The notes beneath the pieces are model-generated. The model searched no databases and had not been told where the DNA came from. It saw only the letters and a list, made by a program, of their open reading frames with translations. The position numbers were made by a program, and so were the translations under genes. DNA of 56,037 nucleotides from an uncultured Opitutales bacterium. GTDB taxonomy: Bacteria > Verrucomicrobiota > Verrucomicrobiia > Opitutales > UBA9783. The DNA lies in contig CAZOPT010000001.1 of the NCBI GenBank assembly GCA_964582055.1, positions 1 through 56,037 of the forward strand, given 5' to 3'. Of this stretch, positions 32,786 to 42,056 are shown in pieces. How positions within the stretch are numbered: position 1 is the stretch's first letter; the number at the start of each line of letters is the position of its first letter.

Positions 32786-33151
32786 ATGTTGCAAATGAAT
32801 AGTGTGATGGAGGTGGCTGATAACACAGGTGCAAAAAGTGTTGCCATGATCCGTCGCTTAGGTCAGTTGAGTCGGACGGCTCAGGTAGGCGATATTTTTA
32901 TCGGTTCCGTTAAAGAAAGTTCTCCTGAAGCCACAGTTAAAAAGGGGAGTGTTGTTCGTGCAGTAATTGTACGTACTAAATATGCAATACCAAGAGAGGA
33001 TGGTTCTTATTTGCGTTTTGATACAAATGCTTGTGTCATTATTGATGCTAATAATAATCCAAAAGGTACACGTGTTTTTGGCCCTGTAGCTCGTGAGTTA
33101 CGTCAAAAGAATTTTATGAAAATTATTTCTTTGGCACCGGAGGTTATATAA
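32786..33151 (+). CDS. rplN: 50S ribosomal protein L14
   Basis: 121 aa; [22 protein letters not shown]. Confidence 0.97.
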   Translation: MLQMNSVMEVADNTGAKSVAMIRRLGQLSRTAQVGDIFIGSVKESSPEATVKKGSVVRAVIVRTKYAIPREDGSYLRFDTNACVIIDANNNPKGTRVFGPVARELRQKNFMKIISLAPEVI

Positions 33152-33408
33152 TGAAATATAAGGTCAAAAAAGGTACAGAAGTTGTTGTTATTACCGGTGA
33201 ACACAAGGGAAAAAAAGGTAAGATTTTGGAAGTACTTCGTGATTCTCAACGTGTTGTTATTGAGGGAATTAATTTGCGAAAGAAGTTTTTGAAAAAATCT
33301 CAAGAGAATCCTAACGGTGGTATTATTGAAAAAGAAATGCCTATTCATTATTCGAATATAAAAGTAATTGCTGATAAGGTCGAGATGAAGCAGGAGGATG
33401 CGAAATGA
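33151..33408 (+). CDS. rplX: 50S ribosomal protein L24 (short form)
   Basis: 85 aa; KOW motif [23 protein letters not shown]; 4-nt overlap with rplE. Confidence 0.92.
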   Translation: MKYKVKKGTEVVVITGEHKGKKGKILEVLRDSQRVVIEGINLRKKFLKKSQENPNGGIIEKEMPIHYSNIKVIADKVEMKQEDAK

Positions 33409-33950
33409 AACAAGTACCTGTTTTAAAGGAGTTTTATTTGAAGCAAATTGTGCCTTCTTTGATGAAGGAACATGGTTTCGAGAACATTCATGATGTTCCA
33501 AAGGTTGAGAAAGTTGTTTTAAATTCTCGTATCGATTCTAGTTTGGATAAGGCTCATATTGAGCAGTTAGTTAAAGAAATGGGGTTGATTGCTGGTCAAA
33601 AACCTTTTATTACAAAAGCTAAAAAAAGCATATCTAATTTTAAATTGCGTGAAGGTATGTCAGCTGGAGTAAAGGTAACTTTGCGTGGTGATCGCATGTA
33701 TGATTTTTTATACCGTTTAATCAATATTGCTTTACCTGTTATTCGAGATTTTCGTGGTGTTGCTAAGAAAATGGATAAACAAGGGAATTTGAATATTGGT
33801 ATTGCAGATCATACGATTTTCCCAGAAATTAAAATTGAAACAAGTAACCGCCAAAATGTTGGTTTAGATATTGCAATTGTTACTAATGTATCTAAAGATA
33901 GTGATGCGTTGTTATTGTTTGAAAAATTAGGAATGGCATTTAGAAAGTAA
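33405..33950 (+). CDS. rplE: 50S ribosomal protein L5
   Basis: 181 aa; L5-like sequence with PVIRDFRG and [13 protein letters not shown]. Confidence 0.96.
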   Translation: MKQVPVLKEFYLKQIVPSLMKEHGFENIHDVPKVEKVVLNSRIDSSLDKAHIEQLVKEMGLIAGQKPFITKAKKSISNFKLREGMSAGVKVTLRGDRMYDFLYRLINIALPVIRDFRGVAKKMDKQGNLNIGIADHTIFPEIKIETSNRQNVGLDIAIVTNVSKDSDALLLFEKLGMAFRK

Positions 33951-33954
33951 GTAT

Positions 33955-34260
33955 ATGGCAAAAAAGTCTTCAATTGCGCGTAATGCACATCGGGCTAAAT
34001 TAATTGAGAAATATTCTGAAAAACGCAGAGAGCTCAAAGCAAAAATTTTAGATCCAAAAACTTCAGATGAAGAATTTTTTAAGGCTCAGAGAGAATTGGC
34101 TTTGTTGCCACGAAATTCTTCTCGGGTTCGTTATCGGAATCGTTGTTCGATTACAGGACGTCCGCGAGGATATTTTGGACGGTTTGGTGTTTCGCGGCTT
34201 ACATTACGTGAGTTTGCATTAAAAGGTTTATTGCCGGGTGTAACAAAGGCTTCGTGGTAA
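33955..34260 (+). CDS. rpsN: 30S ribosomal protein S14 (long, zinc-free type)
   Basis: 101 aa; RNRCSITGRPRGYFGRFGVSRLTLRE...ASW; no CxxC pairs. Confidence 0.95.
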   Translation: MAKKSSIARNAHRAKLIEKYSEKRRELKAKILDPKTSDEEFFKAQRELALLPRNSSRVRYRNRCSITGRPRGYFGRFGVSRLTLREFALKGLLPGVTKASW

Positions 34261-34264
34261 AATT

Positions 34265-34654
34265 ATGGATACGATAGGTGATTTTTTGACAATTATTAGA
34301 AATGCGAGTCGTGCGAATAAACCAATTTGTTGTGCTCAATTTTCTAACATTCGTAAAGGTATTGCTCTTTTGTTAAAAAAAGAGGGATACGTAGCTGATG
34401 TAAAGGAAGGTACAGATGCTCGTGGTTTTAAGAATTTGGTAATTCGTTTAAAATATGTTAAAGGTGTGCCGGTTCTTAATGTTTTGAAGCGTTGCAGTAC
34501 GCCGGGTGCACGTTGGTATGTTGATTGTGAACATATTCCAAGTGTTTTGAGTGGTTTAGGTATTTGTGTTCTTTCAACCTCTAAAGGTATTTTGTCGGGT
34601 AAAGAGGCAAAAGAAATGAAAGTTGGAGGCGAATTAATTTGTAAGGTTTGGTAA
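34265..34654 (+). CDS. rpsH: 30S ribosomal protein S8
   Basis: 129 aa; DTIGDFLTIIRNA, GGELICKVW. Confidence 0.96.
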   Translation: MDTIGDFLTIIRNASRANKPICCAQFSNIRKGIALLLKKEGYVADVKEGTDARGFKNLVIRLKYVKGVPVLNVLKRCSTPGARWYVDCEHIPSVLSGLGICVLSTSKGILSGKEAKEMKVGGELICKVW

Positions 34655-34658
34655 GGCG

Positions 34659-35195
34659 ATGAGTAGAATTGGAAAGCTTCCTATTAATTTAGGCGATAAG
34701 GTTTCTGTTGCAATTAATGGAGATACTGTAGTTGTAAAAGGTCCTAAAGGAGAATTAAGTAAAACGTTTGCCTCTTGCGTTACCATAAAGGTAGAAAATA
34801 ATCAAGTTTTAGTAGCTCCTAAAAATGATGAACGTTTTTCTTTGGCCATGCATGGTACGGTTCGTGCGATTATTGCTAATATGGTAAAGGGCGTTCAGGA
34901 ACCATTTTTTAAGGATCTAGAGATTCAAGGTGTTGGTTTTAAGGCAGCTGTTTCTGGTAATGTTTTAGATTTAGCCTTAGGGTATTCGCATCCAATAAAA
35001 TATTCAATTCCTGAAGGTATTTCTATTCAGGTCAAAGATGGTACAAAGTTGCACGTAGAAGGTGCAGATTGTTGTGTCGTTGGTCAAGTTGCTGCAGATA
35101 TAAAGCGTTATTATCCTGTAGAACCTTATAAAGGAAAAGGTGTACGTATTTTAGGTGAATTTGTTCGTCGTAAGGAAGGTAAGAAGAAGGCTTAA
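34659..35195 (+). CDS. rplF: 50S ribosomal protein L6
   Basis: 178 aa; MSRIGKLPI, YKGKGVR. Confidence 0.96.
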   Translation: MSRIGKLPINLGDKVSVAINGDTVVVKGPKGELSKTFASCVTIKVENNQVLVAPKNDERFSLAMHGTVRAIIANMVKGVQEPFFKDLEIQGVGFKAAVSGNVLDLALGYSHPIKYSIPEGISIQVKDGTKLHVEGADCCVVGQVAADIKRYYPVEPYKGKGVRILGEFVRRKEGKKKA

Positions 35196-35199
35196 TGTT

Positions 35200-35562
35200 A
35201 TGAAATTGTTTGAAAAACAGAGATTGGAACAAAATCGTCGTTTTCGCATTCGTTCTAAAATTAAAGGAACGGCTGAACGTCCACGTTTGACTTTGTGTTT
35301 ATCGAATAAGCATGCTTATGCTCAATGCATTGATGATGATGCAGGTAGAACATTGGGGGCGCTTTCTTCATTATCTAAAAATTTGAAGGCTCTTCATTTA
35401 AAACCGAATGTTGCTGGTTTGCAAGAACTGGGTAAGTTGTTTGGTAATTATTTGAAGGAAAAAGGAATTACTCAGGTTGTTTTTGATCGTGCAGGACGTT
35501 CCTATTTGGGGGGTGTTCGTGTTTTTGCGGATGCGATTCGTGAAGCAGGTATTAATTTTTAA
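35200..35562 (+). CDS. rplR: 50S ribosomal protein L18
   Basis: ATG 35200 lies just after the rplF stop; RRFRIRSKIKGTAERPRL, FDRAGRSYLGGVRVFADAIREAGINF. The ORF-track start 35155 lies inside rplF. Confidence 0.94.
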   Translation: MKLFEKQRLEQNRRFRIRSKIKGTAERPRLTLCLSNKHAYAQCIDDDAGRTLGALSSLSKNLKALHLKPNVAGLQELGKLFGNYLKEKGITQVVFDRAGRSYLGGVRVFADAIREAGINF

Positions 35563-35573
35563 AGTTTAATTTT

Positions 35574-36137
35574 ATGGAAGTAAAAGAAATCGAGGCTAAC
35601 AATTTAAAGCAGGATTTAGGTTTCTTGTCGGAAAAGCAGGAATTGCTTCTTTCTGAGCCTTTAGAAGGTTGGATTGAAAAGGTTGTTCACATTAATCGTT
35701 GTGCCAAAGTTGTAAAAGGTGGACGTCGTTTTAGTTTTTCAGTGCTTATTGTTGCTGGAAATAAGGCAGGTCTTATTGGTGTTGGTTTAGGAAAAGCAAA
35801 AGAAGTTTCGGATGCTATTCGTAAGGCGAGTGAGGCTGCCAAGAAACGTGTTTATAAAGTTTCTTTATTAAACAGTACTATACCTCATGAAGTTGTTGGA
35901 GAAGCAGGAGGTGGACGTGTTGTTTTGAAGCCTGCTTGTTCGGGTACAGGTGTTATTGCAGGAGGTGGTATTCGTGCTGTTTTGGAAATGGCGGGAGTGA
36001 AAGATGTTTTATCTAAGTCTTTGGGGGCAAACAATCATCTTTCTATGGTACGTTCTACAATTAATGCCCTTTTACAGTTGCGTACGAAGCGTCAAATTTG
36101 TGCAATGCGTGCAGCTGAAGGAGATGTTTTAGCATAA
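35574..36137 (+). CDS. rpsE: 30S ribosomal protein S5
   Basis: 187 aa; INRCAKVVKGGRRFSFSVLIVAGN, GTGVIAGGGIRAVLEMAGV. Confidence 0.96.
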   Translation: MEVKEIEANNLKQDLGFLSEKQELLLSEPLEGWIEKVVHINRCAKVVKGGRRFSFSVLIVAGNKAGLIGVGLGKAKEVSDAIRKASEAAKKRVYKVSLLNSTIPHEVVGEAGGGRVVLKPACSGTGVIAGGGIRAVLEMAGVKDVLSKSLGANNHLSMVRSTINALLQLRTKRQICAMRAAEGDVLA

Positions 36138-36146
36138 GGTTTATTT

Positions 36147-36593
36147 ATGAAATTAGATAATTTACCATTTACAGAGAATCGTTTGCGTAAGAGTAAGCGT
36201 TTAGGTTGCGGCAAGGGTAGTGGACATGGGAAAACCTGTTCTCGTGGGAATAAGGGTGGAAATGCTCGTTCGGGTTATTCTACCCCTAAAAACTTTTCGG
36301 GTATTCCCTGGTATCGCAAATTGCCAAAACGCGGATTTAATAATGTTAATTTTAAGTTGTTTTATAACACAATTAATTTAGGTCGTTTGGATGTTGTTTT
36401 ACCTGAAGATTTTTCTGAAGTTGTTGATAAAGATGTTTTAAAGAGTTTTGGGCTTTTAAAAGATGAAACTAAACCGATAAAATTATTAGGTGAAGGTGAG
36501 TGGAGACGTCCTTTGTCCTTCAATGTCGATAAAATTACTTCGGGTGCTAAAGAAAAAATTGAAGCCGTTGGCGGAAAAATAATCGAAAAATAA
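36147..36593 (+). CDS. rplO: 50S ribosomal protein L15
   Basis: 148 aa; GCGKGSGHGKTCSRGNKG; follows rpsE directly (no L30 gene). Confidence 0.95.
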   Translation: MKLDNLPFTENRLRKSKRLGCGKGSGHGKTCSRGNKGGNARSGYSTPKNFSGIPWYRKLPKRGFNNVNFKLFYNTINLGRLDVVLPEDFSEVVDKDVLKSFGLLKDETKPIKLLGEGEWRRPLSFNVDKITSGAKEKIEAVGGKIIEK

Positions 36594-36599
36594 TCTATT

Positions 36600-38114
36600 A
36601 TGTTGGCTGCTTTCGTAAATTGTTTTCGTGTACCGGAATTAAAACAAAAGTTGTTATTTACGTTGTCACTTTTGTTTGTTGCACGAATTGGTTGTAACAT
36701 TCCATTGCCAGGAATTGATCCCTTGCCTTTAAAAAATTTTTTTGAATCTCAAAAAATGTTAGGTGGTGGACAATTGGTTGGCCTGTACAATTTGTTTACG
36801 GGAGGAGCCTTCTTAAAAGGAGCTATTTTTGGATTGGGGGTAATGCCTTATATTAGTGCTTCTATTATTTTCCAATTATTAGGGGCTATGTTACCTTCAC
36901 TGGCTAAATTGCAACAAGAAGGTGAATTTGGTCGTCAACGTTTGATGCAATATACGCGTTATTTAACGCTCTTGATTTGTTTTATTCAAGGTTGGTTGTT
37001 GATAATGGCTTTGACGAATTATCCCGATAAGCTTTTCCCGGGTTTTGATGTTGCTACCTATGGTTCGATCGCCTTACATCAAGGGTTTTGGTTTTTGTTG
37101 ATATCTACGCTTTTACTATCGACTGGTACATTAATTTTGACTTGGTTGGGTGAACAAATCACACAACGAGGTGTTGGAAATGGTGTTTCATTATTAATTA
37201 CCGTAGGTATTTTGTCTGGTTTGCCTCAAAGTGTTTATTTGTTTGTGAAAATGTTTGCTGCACCGATAGGGGTGGATGAAAGCATGCGTTTTGGTGGCTT
37301 ACAATGTGTTTTGATGTTAGTTTTGTTGTTTGTTGTTGTTGCGGCAATGGTTGCTGTAACTCAGGCGCAACGTAAAATTGTTGTCCAATACGCCAAACGT
37401 TTAGTAGGAAGAAAAATGTACGGTGGTCAGAGTTCATTTTTGCCTTTGAAGGTGAATTACGCAGGTGTTATGCCTGTTATTTTTGCCAGTGCTTTGCTTA
37501 TGTTTCCTCAACAATTGCTTGCTTATTTAGGTGCAGCTTTTGGAATTACGGCCTTTCAAAAATGGTCGATGGTTTTTTCGCAGGGGTCAGGTTTATATTA
37601 TACGGCTTATGGAATTTTAATTTTAGGTTTTAGCTATTTTTGGGTTTCTATTATGTTTAAACCTTTACAAATAGCGGATGAGCTTAAAAAGAATGGTGGT
37701 TATATTCCAGGGGTACGTCCAGGAAGTGCAACGGCTCAGTTTTTAGATTTTGTGATGACACGTTTAACGCTTGCTGGAGCTTTGTTTTTGACGGCTATTG
37801 CTTTGTTTCCAGATCTTTTGTATTTCTTATACAAAGTACCTTATCGTGTTGCTTTGTTTTTTGGAGGAACAGGAACTCTCATTACTGTGGGGGTTTTGTT
37901 AGACACAATGAAGCAGTTAGAAACCTATCTTTTGCAGCGCAATTATGAAGGATTCTTGTCTAAGGGTGTTTTACGTGGACGAAGTGCTTTTACTTCACAA
38001 TTTCAGAAATTAATGGAAACGGATGACAAAGATTTTAAAGTTTTGTGGAGGACGGTCGTTACTTTGTTTGGTTTGGGTTTGGTTGCTTGGGGTGCACGTT
38101 CATTCTTTTTTTAA
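36600..38114 (+). CDS. secY: preprotein translocase subunit SecY (with C-terminal extension)
   Basis: 504 aa; 10-TM SecY core (GVMPYISASIIFQLL, GEQITQRGVGNGVSLLI, YIPGVRPG) plus about 43 extra residues after the usual ...YEGFL.KG...GR end. Confidence 0.96.
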   Translation: MLAAFVNCFRVPELKQKLLFTLSLLFVARIGCNIPLPGIDPLPLKNFFESQKMLGGGQLVGLYNLFTGGAFLKGAIFGLGVMPYISASIIFQLLGAMLPSLAKLQQEGEFGRQRLMQYTRYLTLLICFIQGWLLIMALTNYPDKLFPGFDVATYGSIALHQGFWFLLISTLLLSTGTLILTWLGEQITQRGVGNGVSLLITVGILSGLPQSVYLFVKMFAAPIGVDESMRFGGLQCVLMLVLLFVVVAAMVAVTQAQRKIVVQYAKRLVGRKMYGGQSSFLPLKVNYAGVMPVIFASALLMFPQQLLAYLGAAFGITAFQKWSMVFSQGSGLYYTAYGILILGFSYFWVSIMFKPLQIADELKKNGGYIPGVRPGSATAQFLDFVMTRLTLAGALFLTAIALFPDLLYFLYKVPYRVALFFGGTGTLITVGVLLDTMKQLETYLLQRNYEGFLSKGVLRGRSAFTSQFQKLMETDDKDFKVLWRTVVTLFGLGLVAWGARSFFF

Positions 38115-38123
38115 AGGATTTTT

Positions 38124-38897
38124 GTGAGTACTATTATTATAAAAACAAATGATGAAATTGAGCGGATGCGCGATGCAGGTCGTTGTGCTGCTGAAGTTTT
38201 GGACTTTGTAAAAATTCATGTTGTACCTGGGGTTAGTACATGGGAATTAGATCAATTAGCTAAGCAAGCAATGGATAAGTTAGGTGCAAAAAGTGCTGCC
38301 TTTGGATATGGAGGTCCAGAAAATCCGTTTCCAAGTTATATTTGTATTTCCATTAATGAGCAGGTTGTTCATGGAATTGGTAAAAAGGATGTTGTTTTAA
38401 AAGAGGGCGATGTTGTAAGTTTAGACGTGGCTTTAAGTTATAAAGGATTTGTTGGTGATAATACAGTGACGGTTGGCCTTGGTTCTTTAGAGAAGCCAGT
38501 AGAGAATTTGTTAAAAGTTACAGAAGAGGCTTTATATAAGGGAATTGAGCAGGCGGTTGAGGGAAATCGTGTAGGGGATATTTCTTGGGCGATTCAGTCA
38601 TATGGTGAAAAGCATCGTTTGGGTATTGTGCGTGAATTGGTAGGTCATGGAGTAGGTCGTTCTATGCATGAAGAACCGCAAATTCCTAATGTTGGATGTG
38701 CGCATAGAGGGCCTGTTTTAAAGGCTGGAATGACGATTGCCATTGAACCCATGTTTACCTTAGGTTTGCCTGTTTTACACACTTTAGATGATGGTTGGAC
38801 GGTTGTTACGCGTGATGGAAGTTATAGCGCTCATTTCGAACATACCATTTTAATTACAAAAGATTTACCAGAAATATTGACAATTGTAAAAAAATAA
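38124..38897 (+). CDS. map: type I methionine aminopeptidase
   Basis: 257 aa, GTG start with AAAGGA SD; MetAP metal-site context VVHGIG, VSLDV, GHGVGRSMHEEP, IAIEP, HFEHT. Confidence 0.95.
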   Translation: MSTIIIKTNDEIERMRDAGRCAAEVLDFVKIHVVPGVSTWELDQLAKQAMDKLGAKSAAFGYGGPENPFPSYICISINEQVVHGIGKKDVVLKEGDVVSLDVALSYKGFVGDNTVTVGLGSLEKPVENLLKVTEEALYKGIEQAVEGNRVGDISWAIQSYGEKHRLGIVRELVGHGVGRSMHEEPQIPNVGCAHRGPVLKAGMTIAIEPMFTLGLPVLHTLDDGWTVVTRDGSYSAHFEHTILITKDLPEILTIVKK

Positions 38898-38938
38898 CTC
38901 AATTTGATTAATCATAAGTAGAAAAAGAAGAAAAAATT

Positions 38939-39316
38939 ATGCCACGTTTACTTGGAGTTGAAATACCTGGAAATAAAAAATTGGCTTATTCATTGCGGTA
39001 TATTTACGGCATTGGTTTAACGCGTGCGTTGGAAATTGTTCAAACGACAGGTTTGGATCCCGATAAGCGTGCGCGTGACTTGAATGAGGAAGAGCTTAGT
39101 AAGATTACAGAAGCGATTACACGCGCAGGTTATAAAATCGAAGGTGATTTGCGTCGTGAGGTTATTGGTAATATTAAACGTTTGCAAGCTATTCGTTGCT
39201 ATCGTGGTTTGCGGCATTTGAGAGGTTTGCCAGTTCGTGGGCAACGTACTAGTACAAATGCACGTACACGTAAGGGTGCTCGAAAGACCGTAGGTGTTGT
39301 AAGCAATAAAAAATAG
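38939..39316 (+). CDS. rpsM: 30S ribosomal protein S13
   Basis: 125 aa; [32 protein letters not shown]. Confidence 0.97.
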   Translation: MPRLLGVEIPGNKKLAYSLRYIYGIGLTRALEIVQTTGLDPDKRARDLNEEELSKITEAITRAGYKIEGDLRREVIGNIKRLQAIRCYRGLRHLRGLPVRGQRTSTNARTRKGARKTVGVVSNKK

Positions 39317-39319
39317 TAA

Positions 39320-39841
39320 GTGATTGTTATGGTTGAAGATTTGAAAAAAGAAGAATTGAATACGGCTGAAGGTGCTGTAGAACACGTTGCTGAAAAGGCA
39401 AATGTTGTGGTTGAGAAGGAAACTGCAGAATCTTTGTTGGCACAAGAAGGTCTTGAGGGTGGTTTGAAGATTAAGCGTGCTAAAGGAAGTAAAAACGTTA
39501 CAGTAGGGGTTTGTCATATTTTGGCTACGTTTAATAATACGAAGGTTGTTTTTTCAGACCCTAAAGGAAATGTACTTTCATGGTCGAGTTCGGGGCGTTG
39601 TAATTTTAAAGGTTCTCGTAAATCGACGGCTTATGCTGCTCAAGTTGTAACGACGGAGGCTGCTAAAGTTGCAATGGGGCATGGTTTGCGTGAAGTTGCG
39701 GTTGAAGTTAAAGGGCCTGGAATGGGGCGTGATGCGGCTATTCGGACATTACAAACGTTGGGTTTGTCGGTTTCAGTTGTTAAGGATGTGACTCCGGTGC
39801 CGCACAATGGTTGTCGTCCACCGAAGCGTAGAAGAGTTTAA
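39320..39841 (+). CDS. rpsK: 30S ribosomal protein S11 with acidic N-terminal extension
   Basis: Core [13 protein letters not shown]...[18 protein letters not shown]; GTG 39320 or ATG 39329 start; about 40 extra N-terminal residues. Confidence 0.93.
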   Translation: MIVMVEDLKKEELNTAEGAVEHVAEKANVVVEKETAESLLAQEGLEGGLKIKRAKGSKNVTVGVCHILATFNNTKVVFSDPKGNVLSWSSSGRCNFKGSRKSTAYAAQVVTTEAAKVAMGHGLREVAVEVKGPGMGRDAAIRTLQTLGLSVSVVKDVTPVPHNGCRPPKRRRV

Positions 39842-39864
39842 TTAGTAAAGTTTGGAGTTTTAGT

Positions 39865-40470
39865 ATGCGTTATACAGGACCAACAACACGAATTAATCGT
39901 CGTTTTAAGATGGAAATTTTTCCCATCAATAAGGCTTATGAGAGAAAACCTTATTTACCAGGTATTCATGGATCTCATTTAAAACGACGCGTTAGTGATT
40001 ATTCGTTAGGGTTAAATGAGAAACAGAAGTTGCGTTTCATGTTTGGTTTGTCTGAGTCACAATTCCATTTGACATTTGAAAAGGCTAAGAAGATGAAGGG
40101 TGTTACAGGTGAAGTCTTTTTGCGTCTTTTAGAGTGCCGTTTGGATAATATTGTTTATTTATTGGGTTTTGGGAAAACGCGTCGAGCTGCTCGTCAGTTG
40201 ATTAATCACGGGCACGCTTATGTTAATAGTCAGCGCGTAAATATCCCAAGTTATTCCTGTCAAGTAGGTGACGTTATTACGATTGGTGAAAAAATGACTT
40301 CACGTCAGATTGCTCTTCGTAGTTTGCATGCGAGTCAGGGGCGTAACTGTCCTTCATGGTTAAGTTTGGATGAAGACAATTTGAAGGGAACGGTGGATCG
40401 GTTACCTATTCGAGAAGAAATGGTTGCGGGCATCGATGAACAATTGATTGTTGAATATTATAGTCGTTAA
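39865..40470 (+). CDS. rpsD: 30S ribosomal protein S4
   Basis: 201 aa; MRYTGP..R..RR, S4 domain LDNIVYLLGFGKTRRAARQLINHGH. Confidence 0.96.
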   Translation: MRYTGPTTRINRRFKMEIFPINKAYERKPYLPGIHGSHLKRRVSDYSLGLNEKQKLRFMFGLSESQFHLTFEKAKKMKGVTGEVFLRLLECRLDNIVYLLGFGKTRRAARQLINHGHAYVNSQRVNIPSYSCQVGDVITIGEKMTSRQIALRSLHASQGRNCPSWLSLDEDNLKGTVDRLPIREEMVAGIDEQLIVEYYSR

Positions 40471-40484
40471 TTTTTGGATTTTTC

Positions 40485-41489
40485 ATGGCTAAGCGATTAG
40501 GAAAGTTTGAATTACCCAATAGGTTGGTGCGTGTCGAGGAAACCGCAACCCCTACGTTTGCATGTTTTGTTGCAGATCCTTTTGAAAAGGGTTTTGGTCA
40601 TACAATTGGAAATGCTTTGCGTCGAGTTTTATTGAGTTCAATAGAAGGTGCTGCAATAGCTTCTGTTAAAATAGAGGGGGTCAGTCACGAATTTCAGAGC
40701 TGTGATGGTATTTTGGAAGATGTAACTGAAATTGTCTTAAATTTAAAGAAGGTTCTTTTGAAAACTTCGAGTCGAGAGTCCGTTACTTTGCGCATCGATG
40801 TTACGAAATTGGGACAAGTGGTTGCAAGCGATATTGAACCTAGTGCAGATGTAACAATTGTTAATCCCAATCAGGTGATTTGTACCTTAACGCGTGAACA
40901 ACGTTTTCAGGCAGAATTGAAAGTGGTTGTTGGGCGCGGTTACCGTTTGGCAGAAGATAATAAATCTGAAAATCAAGTTTTGGGGGTTATTCCGATCGAT
41001 AGTTTGTTCAGTCCTGTTGTAGCCGTAAAATACGCAGTTGAAAGTACTCGTGTTGGTAAAATGACTGATTTTGACAAATTGTTTTTGGAAATTACAACCG
41101 ATGGGAGAATTACTCCAGAAGATGCTTTGAAGGAGGCAACAGTAATTTTAATGCATCATTTGGATTTATTTGATCGGTTTACTTCTGAAGCCATCGAGTT
41201 TGAAGATAAGAAGCGTGAAGCGGGTGAAGAACAAAATCGTTTACGTAAGTTGTTGAATATGAGTGTTAACGAAATTGAGCTTTCAGTACGTGCAGCAAAT
41301 TGTTTAAATAATGCAAACATTTTAACGGTTGGTGAGCTTGCGCGTAAAACAGAGGCTGAAATGTTGAAATACCGCAATTTTGGTAAAAAGTCATTGAATG
41401 AAATTAAGGCGAAGTTGGAACAATTAGGTTTGTCGTTGGGAATGAAAATTGATGAGCGTTTATTGGATACGACTTCAACGATTCTTTAA
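40485..41489 (+). CDS. rpoA: DNA-directed RNA polymerase subunit alpha
   Basis: 334 aa; NTD GHTIGNALRRVLLSS, CTD ELSVRAANCLNNANILTVGEL. Confidence 0.97.
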   Translation: MAKRLGKFELPNRLVRVEETATPTFACFVADPFEKGFGHTIGNALRRVLLSSIEGAAIASVKIEGVSHEFQSCDGILEDVTEIVLNLKKVLLKTSSRESVTLRIDVTKLGQVVASDIEPSADVTIVNPNQVICTLTREQRFQAELKVVVGRGYRLAEDNKSENQVLGVIPIDSLFSPVVAVKYAVESTRVGKMTDFDKLFLEITTDGRITPEDALKEATVILMHHLDLFDRFTSEAIEFEDKKREAGEEQNRLRKLLNMSVNEIELSVRAANCLNNANILTVGELARKTEAEMLKYRNFGKKSLNEIKAKLEQLGLSLGMKIDERLLDTTSTIL

Positions 41490-41502
41490 AAGGTAAATAA
41501 TT

Positions 41503-42033
41503 ATGCGTCACGGAAAACATCATTTTCAATTAGGCGTTAAGCAAGCACATCGTCGTTCTTTGATGGCTAATTTGGCTTCGCAATTGTTTTTGCATGGAAA
41601 AATTAAAATTACAGTAGCTAAAGCTAAAGCATTGAGGCCTTTTGCTGAAAAAGTCATAACTTTGGCAAAAAGTGCAGCTTTAACTGAAAAAGTAGAACTA
41701 AAGTTACATTTTCGTCGTTTAGCAATTGCTCGTATTCGTAATGAAGCTGCTGTTAAAAAGTTGTTTGATGAAACAGTACAGCAATTTTTAAATCGCAATG
41801 GGGGGTATACTCGTATTTATAAATTGTTGTCACGTATAGGCGATGCTGCTCCTATGGCTTTGATTGAACTTGTAGAAGCGCCTATAGAAAAGCGTCGTTC
41901 TTCTAAAAAAACATCTAAAAAAGTTAAGGCTGAAACGACTAAGAAGGTTGAAGAAGCTCCAGTAGAAATTGCTGCCCAAGAAGAGGCTGTTGAAGTTTCT
42001 GCTGAAAAAACAGATAAAACAGACGATAAATAA
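41503..42033 (+). CDS. rplQ: 50S ribosomal protein L17 with Lys/Glu-rich C-terminal tail
   Basis: 176 aa; MRHGKHHFQLG, GGYTRIYKL..R.GD core, then about 50-aa charged tail. Confidence 0.95.
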   Translation: MRHGKHHFQLGVKQAHRRSLMANLASQLFLHGKIKITVAKAKALRPFAEKVITLAKSAALTEKVELKLHFRRLAIARIRNEAAVKKLFDETVQQFLNRNGGYTRIYKLLSRIGDAAPMALIELVEAPIEKRRSSKKTSKKVKAETTKKVEEAPVEIAAQEEAVEVSAEKTDKTDDK

Positions 42034-42056
42034 TTTTTTTGAATAAAGGTTTTACG

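Noticed and set aside
35155-35199. Upstream start for rplR inside rplF
   Set aside because: It would overlap rplF by 41 nt. The ATG at 35200, just after the rplF stop, gives a canonical L18 N-terminus.
39017-39517. 166-aa antisense ORF over rpsM/rpsK (similar cases at 21798-22289, 33103-33501 and 36362-36700)
   Set aside because: These are low-complexity translations opposite highly conserved genes. Long antisense frames are a known by-product of codon bias, and there are no motifs or start signals.
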